A stretch of DNA of 63,181 nt, counting the filler. It is 5 parts of 5 records of this genome, joined end to end, with 100 filler letters (N's around TTAATTAATTAA, not from the genome) between each part and the next. Parts side by side here need not be neighbours in the genome. Positions count along the whole stretch, not along the records: positions 1 to 15,759 come from SRR20825019_3117; positions 15,860 to 29,869 come from SRR20825019_3118; 3 more parts are not named here. One strand, given 5' to 3'. The notes beneath the pieces were generated by a model that saw only the letters and a program-made list of their open reading frames with translations, had not been told where the DNA came from and searched no databases. The translations under genes and the position numbers were made by a program. This document shows positions 12,194 through 24,069 of the stretch, in pieces; within the stretch, counting starts at the first letter, position 1, and every line of letters begins with the position of its first letter.

Positions 12194-13113
12194 TGGAGTA
12201 GGTGGGCAAGAGCACTGCTTGTTTTCTGTTCAGGCCCACCGCACTCTACTAGGTTAGGATGATACTGCGCGGTTACCCACGTTTGTCGGTAAATCACTTG
12301 GTTTCAAGCTCTGGCCTGCAAACCCGGGCGCGTTAGGATGAATCCGAAGAATTCCCGCCTTGTGTTAGTGTGGGCTCTCAAGGGCTTGATGAAATGCTGC
12401 CCTACACTAAGTGGCTCTTCATGCAGCAAGTCGGCCATCTGCTGTTGCTTATTTTGGGTTGTGTTACTTGCTACAAGACTATCGTAGTGTGGGATATCTC
12501 TTCCTCTTGGCATGACTACCAGTTTGGTAGTTTCTTTCCATTTCGGAGCCAAGAATCCAGCGGAGCTGACAGGATGTATGCCGCAGATGCTATGGAGACT
12601 ATTCATTAACGAGGCTTCCAGGTGCTACATGTCTTGATAAGATCAGAACTGAAAGGAGTTTGGCGCTGATCTAACTATAACGGCGACTATTGGGCCCGCG
12701 TAGACCAAGACTTTGTTTATGCCTGGCGAAAATTGCAACACCGGATCCTCCATTATTTGACGCTTGCCATTGAGATTGTTTTCAGCACTCTGCTTATGTT
12801 TCTTTTATTTGCTTTACTCTAAACAACAATTGGGCCCTATTGGCGGCTGAGACATTCGTCCACTCCAGGTCTTGCTTCCGATGAATAGATACGGAGAGAG
12901 CATTCTATATGTGTGTGATGCAGTGAACACTGAACAACCTGGTAGAGCAGAAAAGGCGGGTGACTCAGGTTCGCACCTGCCCCGCGGGCGAGCCGGCCTA
13001 TCCGATGGCGCCGGACAATGATAAGCCTTGGGACACGAAAAGACCACGAAGCTGCATCAAACTCTTCCATACTCTGGAGCCACGCGGCTGGGCTCTAGAC
13101 GGAAATCTAAAAC

Positions 13114-14115
13114 TTATTTTCGCTGGTTATGACGGCCCTTTGCGCCAATGCTCCCTGTTGGCTTGCCTCGTGCCGGAACTGCTTGCGATGAGGACACGGC
13201 CGTCCGATCCTCATCGTCTTCCTGCCTACTCAGGTCCGGCAACCCTGCCCTCTTCCGAAGTTCCCTGATCTTGACACCTATCGCCGCCTTGCGAACCAAC
13301 TTACACACAAATTGAATTTTCTTCGCCGTCTGCACAAGAGTTAGCGTGCCGGAAAATCAAAAGGGAGACTTGCATACCTCAGGTCGATAACCGAACCCAA
13401 AGAGTACATCCAACAAATGAAAAGGGATCAACAAAGACAAGTAGAATGGATGTTTGTGCACCATTGCTTCTCTAATATTTTCCTGCAAAACAAATGTGAA
13501 AATCTTCTATGCGCCTACAGCAGAAACTTACAGCAGAGTCATCCAATCCAAACTCTTCAAGCCGGCGTCCAACATACACTGGAGTCACCATTCCAAGAAC
13601 CAAAAACATCAGCACGGAGGTAAACATCAATGGAACATTGGACAAGGTCATGTTGTACGATTGTATATGCAACGTGCAGCACCAATAGATAAAGGACAAT
13701 GCAGCTTGCAGAAGCGTGACGAGTATATCCATGGGAATATATATTGATAGAAGCAGAACAATCAATGGAAACGTCAAATTGTTCAAGGGCAAGACCCCCT
13801 TCGGAGCGAGAAACTCCAGTGCTTCGGAAAATGAGCCAAGATCAATGCATCCCATGGGAATAAAGGATGGAATAGTTATCAAGTTTGTTACAAGAAATAC
13901 AGAAAAAAGTGCAAGTTGACCACCGAACAAGTGCACAGCCTTATTTCCAGGGTGTTGGTGGTGAGCCATGTGCAATGCCATTCGAACCTGAGTCGTAGCA
14001 AATCAGAACGAGATGAATCGCTGAGCTTGGCCCAGCACACCTTCCAATAATATACTCCCGAATGGTACCCTTTCAGACCCTTGGGCAAGTCTAACTTTTC
14101 TATCAAGAAATCCAT
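13114..14115 (-). CDS. Mpo1/DUF962-family membrane protein (2-hydroxy fatty acid dioxygenase-like), 4 exons
   Basis: Introns 13988-14040, 13483-13531 and 13330-13377 give a continuous frame. N-terminal HHQHPGNKAVH motif, several TM segments, C-terminal LFGFGYRPE typical of DUF962. Confidence 0.65.
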
Positions 14116-14179
14116 CTTTTGCCCAGGGTGGCGAAAGTAGCTCTAGCGTGACTTAAATAGGCACAGAAATGAAAAGGAC

Positions 14180-15120
14180 TCCCGGCGGGGCGGGCCCCGC
14201 TGAGTACCACCGTGCCCAGACGGGCACTGCTGGCACTCCGCGAGGTGAGGGCGACAGTCCTACTCAGGCAGTGACGGCCCAGTGTGAGTAGTGGCAGCAT
14301 CCCGCCTCAGCCGCGGCCCGGCGAGGCGGTCAGCCTGACGAGGGCCCCCCGCGCCGCGGTCCCGGGCCGGCGCCCGGGCCCCCCGGCCTCGCTGCCGCCC
14401 GGCACCACGCCGCGCCCGCGGCTGACACCATTGGGTGACCGGACCGCCCCCGCCAGAAAAGAAACAAGTTAACACTTGCCTGCCAGTGATGAGTGGCCGG
14501 CGCCGGAGATGATCAATTGATATCTGTATTCGACGTTCTCTGTTGTCACCCGCTCCACGCCAGGCACAGTGGTACCATGCAGCCCGGGTTCGATGAGTAG
14601 GCTAGGGTGTACTCAGACCGGTATCGGGCCGGCCTCCGGGCGGCCCCCAAACTGAACCCCGGCCCGGCCGACTGCGGGACAGCTGATGAGTCTGCGGATT
14701 GATCACCGCGGCCCGGCCACGCCCCACCGGCATATGATCCTTTCCGACTTCAGTGCCGGTCAGCAGCCGCCCCGGGGCAGACTCCGGCTCGGGCCGCGGC
14801 CGTGCTCCACGGGGGCTCGCTGGCGTCGCAGCCGGGCTGCCGCTGCGGCCCACCCGGCACCCCCGGCCCGGACCGGCAATCCGCCGTCACAGCCAGGGTG
14901 TCAAGCCGGCGCCACCAAGGTACCATGGGCGGCGGCGCGCGGTTCAGTGATCCGGCGCATTGGCGGGCGACCAGCGGCGGCCCACTCCTGAAGGAAACCG
15001 GTTCTAGGACCGGGCTCCGCGGCCGGCCCCGCCGGGCCCATGGCGGCCATAGGAGAAGCGCCGCGGAAGGCCCAAGCAAGCAGAGCCGCGTCCGGCCCAT
15101 GACCGGGTTTGGACCGATCT
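14180..15120. promoter_or_regulatory. GC-rich divergent promoter island with AT-richer core (Mpo1-like / HMA gene)
   Basis: CCGG/GGCC-saturated flanks with an AT-richer patch at ~14455-14545; head-to-head gene pair. Confidence 0.55.
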
Positions 15121-15172
15121 TTATATATTCACTCATGGTTGAGGAGCCTTAGTTTGTCCTCCTGCTATAGCC

Positions 15173-15759
15173 ATGGCGTCGGCCTGGTTTCGTGTGGATG
15201 GTATGCGTTGCGGCAACTGCTCCAGTGCAGTCAAAGAAGCTTTGCATCAACTGCCTGGTGTAAACAGCGTCGAAGTATCACACGCTCTCAACAGGGCCGT
15301 TGTTTCTGGTGGTTCGGTTGATTCCAAAACAGTTATCAAAACCATTGAGGGACTTGACCCTGGCCTGGGCCCAAGTTATTCGGTGCGTTGTGCAGCTGAG
15401 TGTGTTGCTGAGCACGATGTGACTGGGATGACTTGTGGGTAAGTGTTCTATGCAGTCCCGTCGTTGATTGATTTCTTATGCATGAACCAGCAAATGTGAA
15501 GCGGCACTTGAGGGTGCCATCATGAGTGTTCCGGGAGTTATATCTGCTCGAGCAAATGCCAAACGAGGAAAGGTGGTTGTCACAGGAGTACCTGATTTGG
15601 TTGAACTTCAGAACGCACTGAGTCGGATTGATGGAGTCTCTAAGTATTGTCTAGTAGGCAAGGATTTCACTAGTCATAGCCGGACAAGGGAGAATAAGGC
15701 CACTGATATCGATCAGAACACACCGATGAGTGGTGATGAGCAGGTGTTTGCTGTGACCG
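15173..15759 (+). CDS. Tandem heavy-metal-associated (HMA) domain protein, probably the N-terminus of a P1B Cu-ATPase; 3'-truncated by the linker
   Basis: GMRCGNC motif in exon 1. Intron 15439-15490 restores a second motif, GMTCGKC. A third HMA begins (FAVT) at the contig end. The ATPase identity is inferred. Confidence 0.75.
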
Positions 15760-15859
15760 NNNNNNNNNNNNNNNNNNNNNNNNNNNNNNNNNNNNNNNNN
15801 NNNTTAATTAATTAANNNNNNNNNNNNNNNNNNNNNNNNNNNNNNNNNNNNNNNNNNNN
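15760..15859. other. Artificial contig-joining linker
   Basis: 44 N + TTAATTAATTAA (stops in all six frames) + 44 N. Confidence 0.98.
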
Positions 15860-15889
15860 GGGGCGGCCATTGGCTTGCGTCCCTCTTTC

Positions 15890-16270
15890 GTTAACTCAAT
15901 TAATTCAATTGATATATCTCTTCTTAATTAAAACTTCTCACTAAATCTCCCGGTCACGCCTCTCGCCAGCATCCGCGGGCGGCCGGCCAAGTCCGAGCCA
16001 TGGACTGATCGGAGCGGTCCGGGTCAGGTCCCCCAGGGACCGTCCAAGCGTGGTCTCGATGCCGGCGCGGCGCGCCGCTTCGGAGCGCCGCTGCCGCTGT
16101 GCCGCTGCCCGGCATGTCCCCAGCCCCGGGGGCCGGCCGCCGCCGGGCCTGCGCCCGGGCGGGATGCGGCCGGGCTGGCCGCTTCCGAGTCGGAGTTGGA
16201 GCGCGGTCGCCCGGTTCCCCGTGGTAGGCCCACCAGCCACTGGCAGCAGGCGTCTCCCTGCAATGCTGTC
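15890..16270. promoter_or_regulatory. AT-rich core followed by GC-rich island upstream of the WDR44-like gene
   Basis: AT-rich 15890-15947, then CCGG-rich ~15950-16260; same design as the other islands. Confidence 0.5.
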
Positions 16271-16445
16271 TCGGCTCGATGTGAACCTTCACAAAGACCA
16301 AGTGAGCCGGAAACTTTGACCTGCTCGCTTCTGTTCACTGGGGTCGTACTTGGACACCTGGGTCCTCTTTTATTTTGGGCTGGGATGAGGGTACTTGTAT
16401 GAGTACTCTGTAGTTCAGCCTGAAGGTATCCTGTGCTGAAATCCC

Positions 16446-18783
16446 ATGTCGGACGACGACTTCGGCTCAGCAGAAGAGGACTTTGCCTCTTGCGGAGAAG
16501 TAAGTACTTCTGTCTACTGCGCAGTTCTCAGTCTGAACCCGTATTGTTGAAGAGTGACTGGGAGTCAGCAACAGAGCTCCCTCATGACTCACAAAGCAGG
16601 TTACACAAGGCAGCAAACGCCAGGAGCAGCAAGACCCATCGGCGCGACGCAAGCAGGAATCTAGACGACTTGTTTGCGTCCTTAACAACCGACCGAGTTG
16701 CTGCTGTCGCAGCTCTAAACGCGAATACTCCAGGTGGCGCCTCTGCTAATAGCAGTGGTTCTGTGAAAACTCCCGCTGTGACGAGAAAGCCTGTGACATA
16801 CAATGAAAAGCGCGGCTCACTGGGAATATCTCTTCCCGGTAAACAGGGAGCCGCCAACGAGTCATCGGCTTCCTCTTCGACGAAGGGGTTTGTGGATGCT
16901 AGGGACACTCCTCTCTCAGAAGACAAAGAACTTGCTCATGGTATGGTAGCACGTAGCCAATTGTGTTCTTGAGGTCTCAATGTTCTCGTTCATGTACAGT
17001 GCGGAGGCTTCACTTTGAGGATGACTCAAGTCGGCGGACGAATGCCAGTCCGAAAAGCCCTGGCATTGCCAGCAACGCCTCGAGTGAGGGCATGTTGACG
17101 ATACGGAACATTCAGACAAACCAAACGGTGGATATTCCATTCTCTGGGGAGGATGAAGACCTTGACTACAAGACCATCAAGTATGAAATAGACAAGAATA
17201 TCCCATCAGGGCTGAATCCACTATTTCTTGAGGAAGAGCGAAGGCAGTCCGCGGCCCCGGTGAATGATGGGTTCGATCGTCCACGGTCCTCAAGTGGAGG
17301 TCGTCCAAAGGGGAAAATTGGATGGGTGATGCGGAAGATGGGGATTCGTTCAGGCGAAAAAAAGTTCGCTACTTCTGAGAATCCGCATGTCACCAAAGTG
17401 ACCTCACACAAGAAACCCATGAAGGAGTACACAAATGTCAATCTTGTTCAAAGTATTGAATACCATAGGGGTCCCATTTGGTGTATGAAGTTCAGCCTGG
17501 ACGGACGGTTCTTGGCTACTGCAGGGCATGACCTTGTGGTGAGGTTGTGGGTCGTGCTGGGCGGAGAGGAGCTGGAGACCGCAGCCAGTGGCAGTAATAG
17601 CAACTATCACAAGAGTGAGGCGCGGTGTATATGATTGTGAAAGAAGACTGATGTTCGTGTGGCTTAGCGTATGGTAGGCAGGAGCAGCAGGCCAAGCAGG
17701 TGGGCTTGTTCGATAGAAAACCATACCGTGAGCTTGAGGGGCATCTTGCCGACATTTTGGACATTGCCTGGTCAAAGGCATGTCGAAATCCTTGTGCATT
17801 GCGTGATACTAACTTCAATTTGTAGAATTCATTCATTTTGACCTCGTCGATGGACCGCACGGTCCGCTTGTGGCATCCGTCAAAGGACAAGTGCTTGTGC
17901 TACTTCCAGCAGCCTGATATTGTCACTTGCGTAGACTTTCACCCCGTGGTAAGCCGGCGACGAGCGGATGTAGTAGAAGAATTGACTGACAGGTCCACAG
18001 CATGACAAATTCTTCGTGAGCGGATCCTTTGATCGTACCGTTAGAGTATGGGATATCCCAAAGCAAAGAGTGGTCAGGTACCTCAAAACATCGGTCCAGC
18101 TCACAGCGATCACGTTTTCTCCAAACGGAAAGTATGTAGTTTGCGGCTCATTCGAGGGGAAGTGCAAATTGTATCGCGTAGAGCTTGAGGTAGGGTACCA
18201 AGCATTTTGGAACTTGTTGTCGAGCTCACTTAAATTGGGATAGGGAGGGGCCGATGTTGTGCTGAAATACCATACCACGCTGGAGGTAAGGTCAACTAGA
18301 GGTGCCAATAGAAAGGGGAAGAAGATATCTGGAATCCATTTTGCACCGGATGGCGAACAGTTTCTTGTCACCTCGAACGATTCACGAATTCGGCTGTATC
18401 GCCTCGACGACTTGACGCTCACCTGCAAATACAAAGGCCATGAAAATTTTCAGTCTCAAATCAAGGCAACACTGAGCGATGATGGTGGCTACATCATATG
18501 TGGCTCCGAGGATGAATGTGTTTATGTATGGAATACACAACTGAAGTCAGATCCAGACAAGAAAGGAGTCTTTGCTGGCAGTCGGCGCGACAGAAACGAG
18601 GCATATGAATGCTTTCCAGCCACCCCACAAGCCGCCAATGTTGCGATATATGCACCAAACAATATCCGTCGTAACGCCAGCTTATCGGGTGCGCGAGGCC
18701 ACCTTCTTGTTGTTGCCGGATATTACGGAGAAATCAAGGTTTTCGAAAACATTGGTGATCCGATATTCCCCAAGTCACACTAG
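16446..18783 (+). CDS. WDR44: WDR44/Rab11BP-like WD40 repeat protein, 7 exons
   Basis: Introns 16500-16552, 16941-16999, 17615-17667, 17778-17825 (GC-AG), 17949-18000 and 18190-18243. Motifs HRGPIWCMKFSLDGRFLATAGHD, GHLADILDIAWSKNSFILTSSMDRTVRLW, LVTSNDSRIRL and SQIKATLSDDG are characteristic of the WDR44 family. Acidic FFAT-like N-terminus. Confidence 0.8.
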
Positions 18784-18794
18784 GCAGGTCTAGT

Positions 18795-21700
18795 CTAGTC
18801 TCTATCGTGGTAGAATTTGTTGTAGTTGAGGCGAAGGAGCAGATCACTGTATGACAGCACAGCAGCAACTCTGTGGTCGCCTTGGAAAGACGCACGGGAA
18901 GCATCCGTCTTCTCGGAAAGCTTCTGTACCACAATGAAGAGGAAGCGGCAGTACTTCTTGAACTGCCTTTGTGTCTCAGCGTGGTGTTCATATTCAGCAT
19001 CGCTCAAGTTCACAACATTTGGTACGGAAAGCACTGCGAATTACCCATTTTCAATTGAAATGCAACCGGCATCCGATAAATTCATGAAACTTACATCTGT
19101 CGCGGAAACGCAAGATGAGATTGAAAATCTCTGTAATGATTTCCATTACAGCTGATGATTTCTCAGTCAGAAGACAACTGGCTAGTGCCATATCCAGATA
19201 ATCCAAATGTGCTGCGCGCATCTCCTCTAAGTCGCCAGCACGGTCAATTCTGAATGGTTTCACCTGTCAATTGCCCACGAATACCGAAATAACACACAGA
19301 AAATACCTAGTCTGGAGGTCAGTCCATCCCACCTCAAGCAGTTGAGTGATAATATATCCCTGAAGCTTGTCGACAAAGTGTTGAAGCTCATGCCGGAAAG
19401 ACTGCAGGACCCGCAAACGGCCATCGCGCAATTTTCGTTTCACATCAGAAGCCTGAAAGAGAGACCATACTTCTCTTAGCTCCATAGAAACACGACGGAG
19501 TCTCATCAAAAAGTTAAAAATTCTGTTGTACTTGGTGATGGCTAGACTCGTTACGACAATGCTGTCATAAGGGTGAGACACTATCTACATCCAAAACAAT
19601 CCAAATGGCCTACCTCAGTGGCCAAGAAACCTTGTAGTTAAGGTGCATGAAATCTAGAGCTTGAATAACTGGAAAAATATTATGATTCATCCCCAACGGA
19701 GATGAGCTGACATACCTGAGGACTTTTTCCCGTCAACGCCATTGCCGTGCCTTACAGAGAACTCCAAATTCTCCGCCATTTCATCATTCGCAGCTGCACA
19801 CCATTAGATAGGCAGTTCAGAATGAGCAGATATCCATACCTGAGGTAAGGCGAATGGCAGTCTCAAGCGTGGAATTCAGTTTGAAAGTGTTCATCAAATC
19901 TGTAGATTCATGCAGCTAAACAAGATGTAAGAAACATGTAACCCAATGGCTCTTAGCCGCGCAATATACCTCTTGGAACAAGGTGGAAGACAAGAGATCC
20001 GCATAATCACCACAATCACAAAGCAGGTATTTTCGGATTGCCATGAGATGGTCACTTAGTCGCAGCTCAGACTTAAACAAATGAAGCGTGGCCTTATTCA
20101 CATGACAATACTGGTCAAGAATGGGTTTGTTCAAGCAAGTTGCAAGAATGCGTTCTAGGGGAACATCAAGCGACTTTGTCGTCTGAAGGAGAGTAGTATC
20201 TAACAAGATGGCACCCTTCTTGTCGTCAAATGACACCCTGTATGGATGGTCCGCCGCTAGCTCTCCAACGGTGTCATCACGTGTCGCCTGGGAGGTTTCT
20301 TCACTTTCCATACTGGGACTGGATCCATCCATATCGTCACCAGTGTGTGTGTTTCTTGTATTTGTAGTATCTTGCTCAACATCTGATGTTATAGCATCCT
20401 TAGAAAGAGGATCCGTTTCGGTGCCGTTGTTCTCTTCGTCATCGGTTACTTGCACTTTGGTGGCAACATCGTTCACTTCCACTAGACCATCCCCAACAAC
20501 AGATTCTTCTTCACCGGAAATATTTGGCAAAACAACACTACCCCATTGCTTCCGGTGTTTCGTCGTCTCGTCACCGCGAATAGATTCATCATTAAAGGAG
20601 GCACCATCGGTTGCATCTTCCTTCACATCCAGCACGGGCGCAATCACGTCTCCCCATTTCTTGCGCTCGGGTTTACTCTCCTCCATCTCAGATTTGTCTT
20701 CTGTATGATCCTCTTGCACTTGTACGATAGGGACGACCACTTCGCCCCATTGCTTTCTTCCGGACTTCCCCTCATGGTCGTCACCACCAATACTGAGTTT
20801 TGCTGCCGCCTCGCGCTCCTTGAGACCTTTCTGACCCTCAGCAACTTCTGCCTTCAACTTTTCAACATTTGCTCTCAAAGTCTCGATTTCTTCGTTCGTG
20901 TCGAGGAGTAGCCTTTTCACCTTCTCACCTTCATCAAGTTGTTCTCCATCATCCCGACTAGAATCACTGAAACAACGTCAGGTACATGAGCACAGCCCCA
21001 CACTGCCTATAGCCAAGCCATACCCGACAGATTTCTCCATACCCTTGGATGCCAACTGCTCTTGCTCAATGCGGAGTGCCTTGATTCTTTTGTTAAGCTC
21101 CTCATCCTTCAACATGTACTCCTTCAGCAGTTTTCGTTTCGCTTTCTGCAATCACCATTCCCATTAATTCAAGTACCCTTCCAAAACTCTATCCAATCCG
21201 TACCTGGATCAATTCTTCTTCGCGGTCTTTTTCCAACTGGGCAATCTGCTGTTGCTTTTTCAAAAGGACAATATCGTCTTGCAACGCTGCCTCCCTTTCC
21301 GCCTCTCGCCTTCACGAAAAGTCAGCGTGTGATTGCAAACGTATTCCTAGTGATTACCTGGCTTCATTTTCAGCCATCTGATCCTTCAAGCTTTGGAGAA
21401 TGTCTTTTTTCCGTTGGCGCTCGAGCTCCTTGTCCTTTGCAACCAACTCTTCTTCCTGTCAAATACACTTAAGGGGCTGGATTCCCTATCCTTAGTCGTC
21501 TCATACCCTTGCCACAACCGCCCGGACCTCAGCTGCGTGCGACAGAGCAGCAGCGTCAGCATCGATCTGCATCTTTTGGTCCGCAATTTCATTTTCAACC
21601 GCCTGGAGAGCATTGTGCTCCTTAAATCGTTGGCTCCTGCGCAATTCTAGGGCCTGATATCCCATAAGCCGACTGAACGCACCACCAAGGCGTCATTCCA

Positions 21701-23990
21701 CGCACCTTGATTCCTTCGATATCAAAGGCAATACGAAGGTCCACCTTGGAACCGAGAAAGAGGTAGTGCCTCTTGACATACTGCTTGAGGACATGAAGCT
21801 GTTTTCCGCACTGAAACATCTGGGGGCTGACTGATCGGATAAATGAGGGCACATGCTCGGCCGCCCTTTCCTGGAATGTATCCGTCCAATAATTATCATC
21901 CATTTGAGGCAAGCTCGCCTTCACTTCGACCATGAATTCATCATAAGGATCGTCGCATATAGCTTCATATATCCAACTGCGCAAGAACTCCAGGTATGGC
22001 TCTGTGTCACGGTTAGTTTTTTTCCTGCGGGCTCTGACTACTCTCGGGTCCTTACCAACAGATTGCGTGAACAAGCGCGTATATACTTGTTCATACGCCG
22101 GTACTGCTTCTTCCCTTGTCCGCTCGTAAAGGAACGACAAAAGCCGTGCTCCTCGGGGAAACCGATCCAAGATCCCCTGATAATCCTCAGTATGATCATG
22201 CATGCCACATATTCCTGCCAGGAAATTGATGCGCTCAAACACAGAGTCACACTTCAGCAGCAGCTCCATCAGGAGGTGGGGCTCATGATCACTCTTTGCT
22301 GCCGCCTCCATCAGCTCATCGACAGTGACTATTATGAAGGATCTAACTTCTGAAAGCAATTTGAATAGCTCAGAAGCGAATGCCTTAGATAGCAGTTAAA
22401 ACAATAGAATAGCTATAGGGTGGGAGAGTACGAAAATCTTACCTGCCGCACGAGGCCTGGATCATTCACCATGCTGGTGAAGTAGTCGCAGAACATTTCC
22501 AGTCTACGCATTAGTGTTCCGTGCTTCAGAACCTTTTGGATCAGCGATTGGAGAGACACCATTCCACAGTATTTCAGACGAATATCAGGAACAACTTGTT
22601 GGAATATACAAGCCTCAGCATGGAACCTGAAGCTAGCTGAATTGACTCCCTAAAAATGGATTAAGAACAATTCATCACTTCCACGAGACGTGAATACCTG
22701 AAGGCAGCTGCACACATCGCAGACAAGGTCCACTTCCTTGGTTTCCACGCCCATATCCATAAATAAATGTTCGAAGTGCGCCTGATAAGTCTCACAAAAT
22801 TTGTCTGTACCGCTCTCGCACATCAATGTCTCATTTCCTAGACTCTTTGGACCACCAGGGAGATCCTCCCAGTATCGCACTGGCTTTGCATAGCGTTTTC
22901 CTTCTTCGCTAAGCTGGATAACAGCGGCAGAAGGGCAATTTCTCGCCTGGACTGAGGATTCGCGTACGGCATTCTGTAGAAGCATACTCTCGGTCTCAAG
23001 AGCAAACGGAGTGCATATGTTCTTTTTAGGCACAATAGGGGCTTGGGGCTTGGGAGGGAGCTGTGGCGCTGCCTTCGGCTTCTGCGACAAACCCAACATT
23101 CCTGAGGTGTATTCCGCCACAGCCTCCTCAGTATCCAAAGACGGAAGCCGAGGAATGGATAGGTTCAAATCTAGGGTAGCGCTGCCTTCTGGTAGCATGG
23201 TCGTGCCCAGTCCACCAAAAAGAGTCAACTTGCGCTGTCGCTCGAGGTCACCTTCATACTCCAGCCACTCCTGCTCCCGGGGGCGCTCACGAAAGACGCT
23301 GTTCACACTCTTAGCATCCGTGACATCGAGTGGACTCAGGCGCGGCCGTAGTATCCAGTCCGCATTAAATTGCATGCCATCGATCTCAGATGCACCCGTC
23401 AAACCCTGCGCCGCGTCTCTATCACTCTTGGTACCACAATCTGTTCCGGCCAGAAGGAGCAACAGGTGCATGAGAGATGTCGCCTCTGTAAGACCGGCAG
23501 TCGCCTTCAAGTCCTCATGCAAGACCTCAAGGCGGCCAGCCCTCTGTCCCAGGCCGTGAGACCGCAGTGCATAGACCAGTGTGGATAGCATGAGCTCAAG
23601 TTCGGCCTCTTCCACTGCCGGAGCATCCTCTCTGACAGTCCCCTTTAAGTCCAATAGCATCTCATAGGCTGTGGAAGGCAGAGTTCCCGGCTGTGGTCCA
23701 ACAGACTGCAGATTGGTAGTCTTGGCAGGATTCTCAAAAAAGCTCTTTCTCGAGTTACTGAGTGATGGCACTGCCTCCTTCTTTCGCAATATCAAGCCGG
23801 TAAGCCGCTGTAAAAGCTGCAGAGTAGATGTTGTATGCCCAGGGCCCATCTGCCGCGCAGAATCCGGCTTGGTGCCATCCAAGTGCCCGTCCGCGCTTTC
23901 TTCTTGATAAGCTCCCCGCGACACATCCCGCTCGGCACGCCCGCGGGAACCGCCCCTCTCCTCAACGACACCGAAGGTGGGGAGGTCCAT
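18795..23990 (-). CDS. TUBGCP6: Gamma-tubulin complex component, GCP6-like (Spc97/Spc98 family with a large central coiled-coil/acidic insertion), ~15 exons
   Basis: 14 GT-AG introns of 46-61 nt (22650-22697, 22384-22442, 22002-22055, 21654-21705, 21456-21506, 21310-21357, 21146-21203, 20967-21023, 19916-19969, 19794-19839, 19669-19715, 19562-19613, 19250-19306, 19034-19094) give one frame. GRIP motifs PYLEFLRSWIYE..DPYDEF, YKVSWPLSIVV, YNRIFNFLMRLRR and LLLRLNYNKFY are present. Confidence 0.8.
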
Positions 23991-24069
23991 GCTCGCAATG
24001 GTGTGGCATACAACAGTTCAGTTTTCTTATACATAAAGAGGCAAAGCTGCTCTGTGCCGCTCAGCGGTA

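Noticed and set aside
10843..16402. Arg/Pro/Gly/Ala-rich ORFs in the GC islands (also 24027-24563)
   Set aside because: Stop-poor GC-rich DNA gives overlapping ORFs in many frames with no domain signal.
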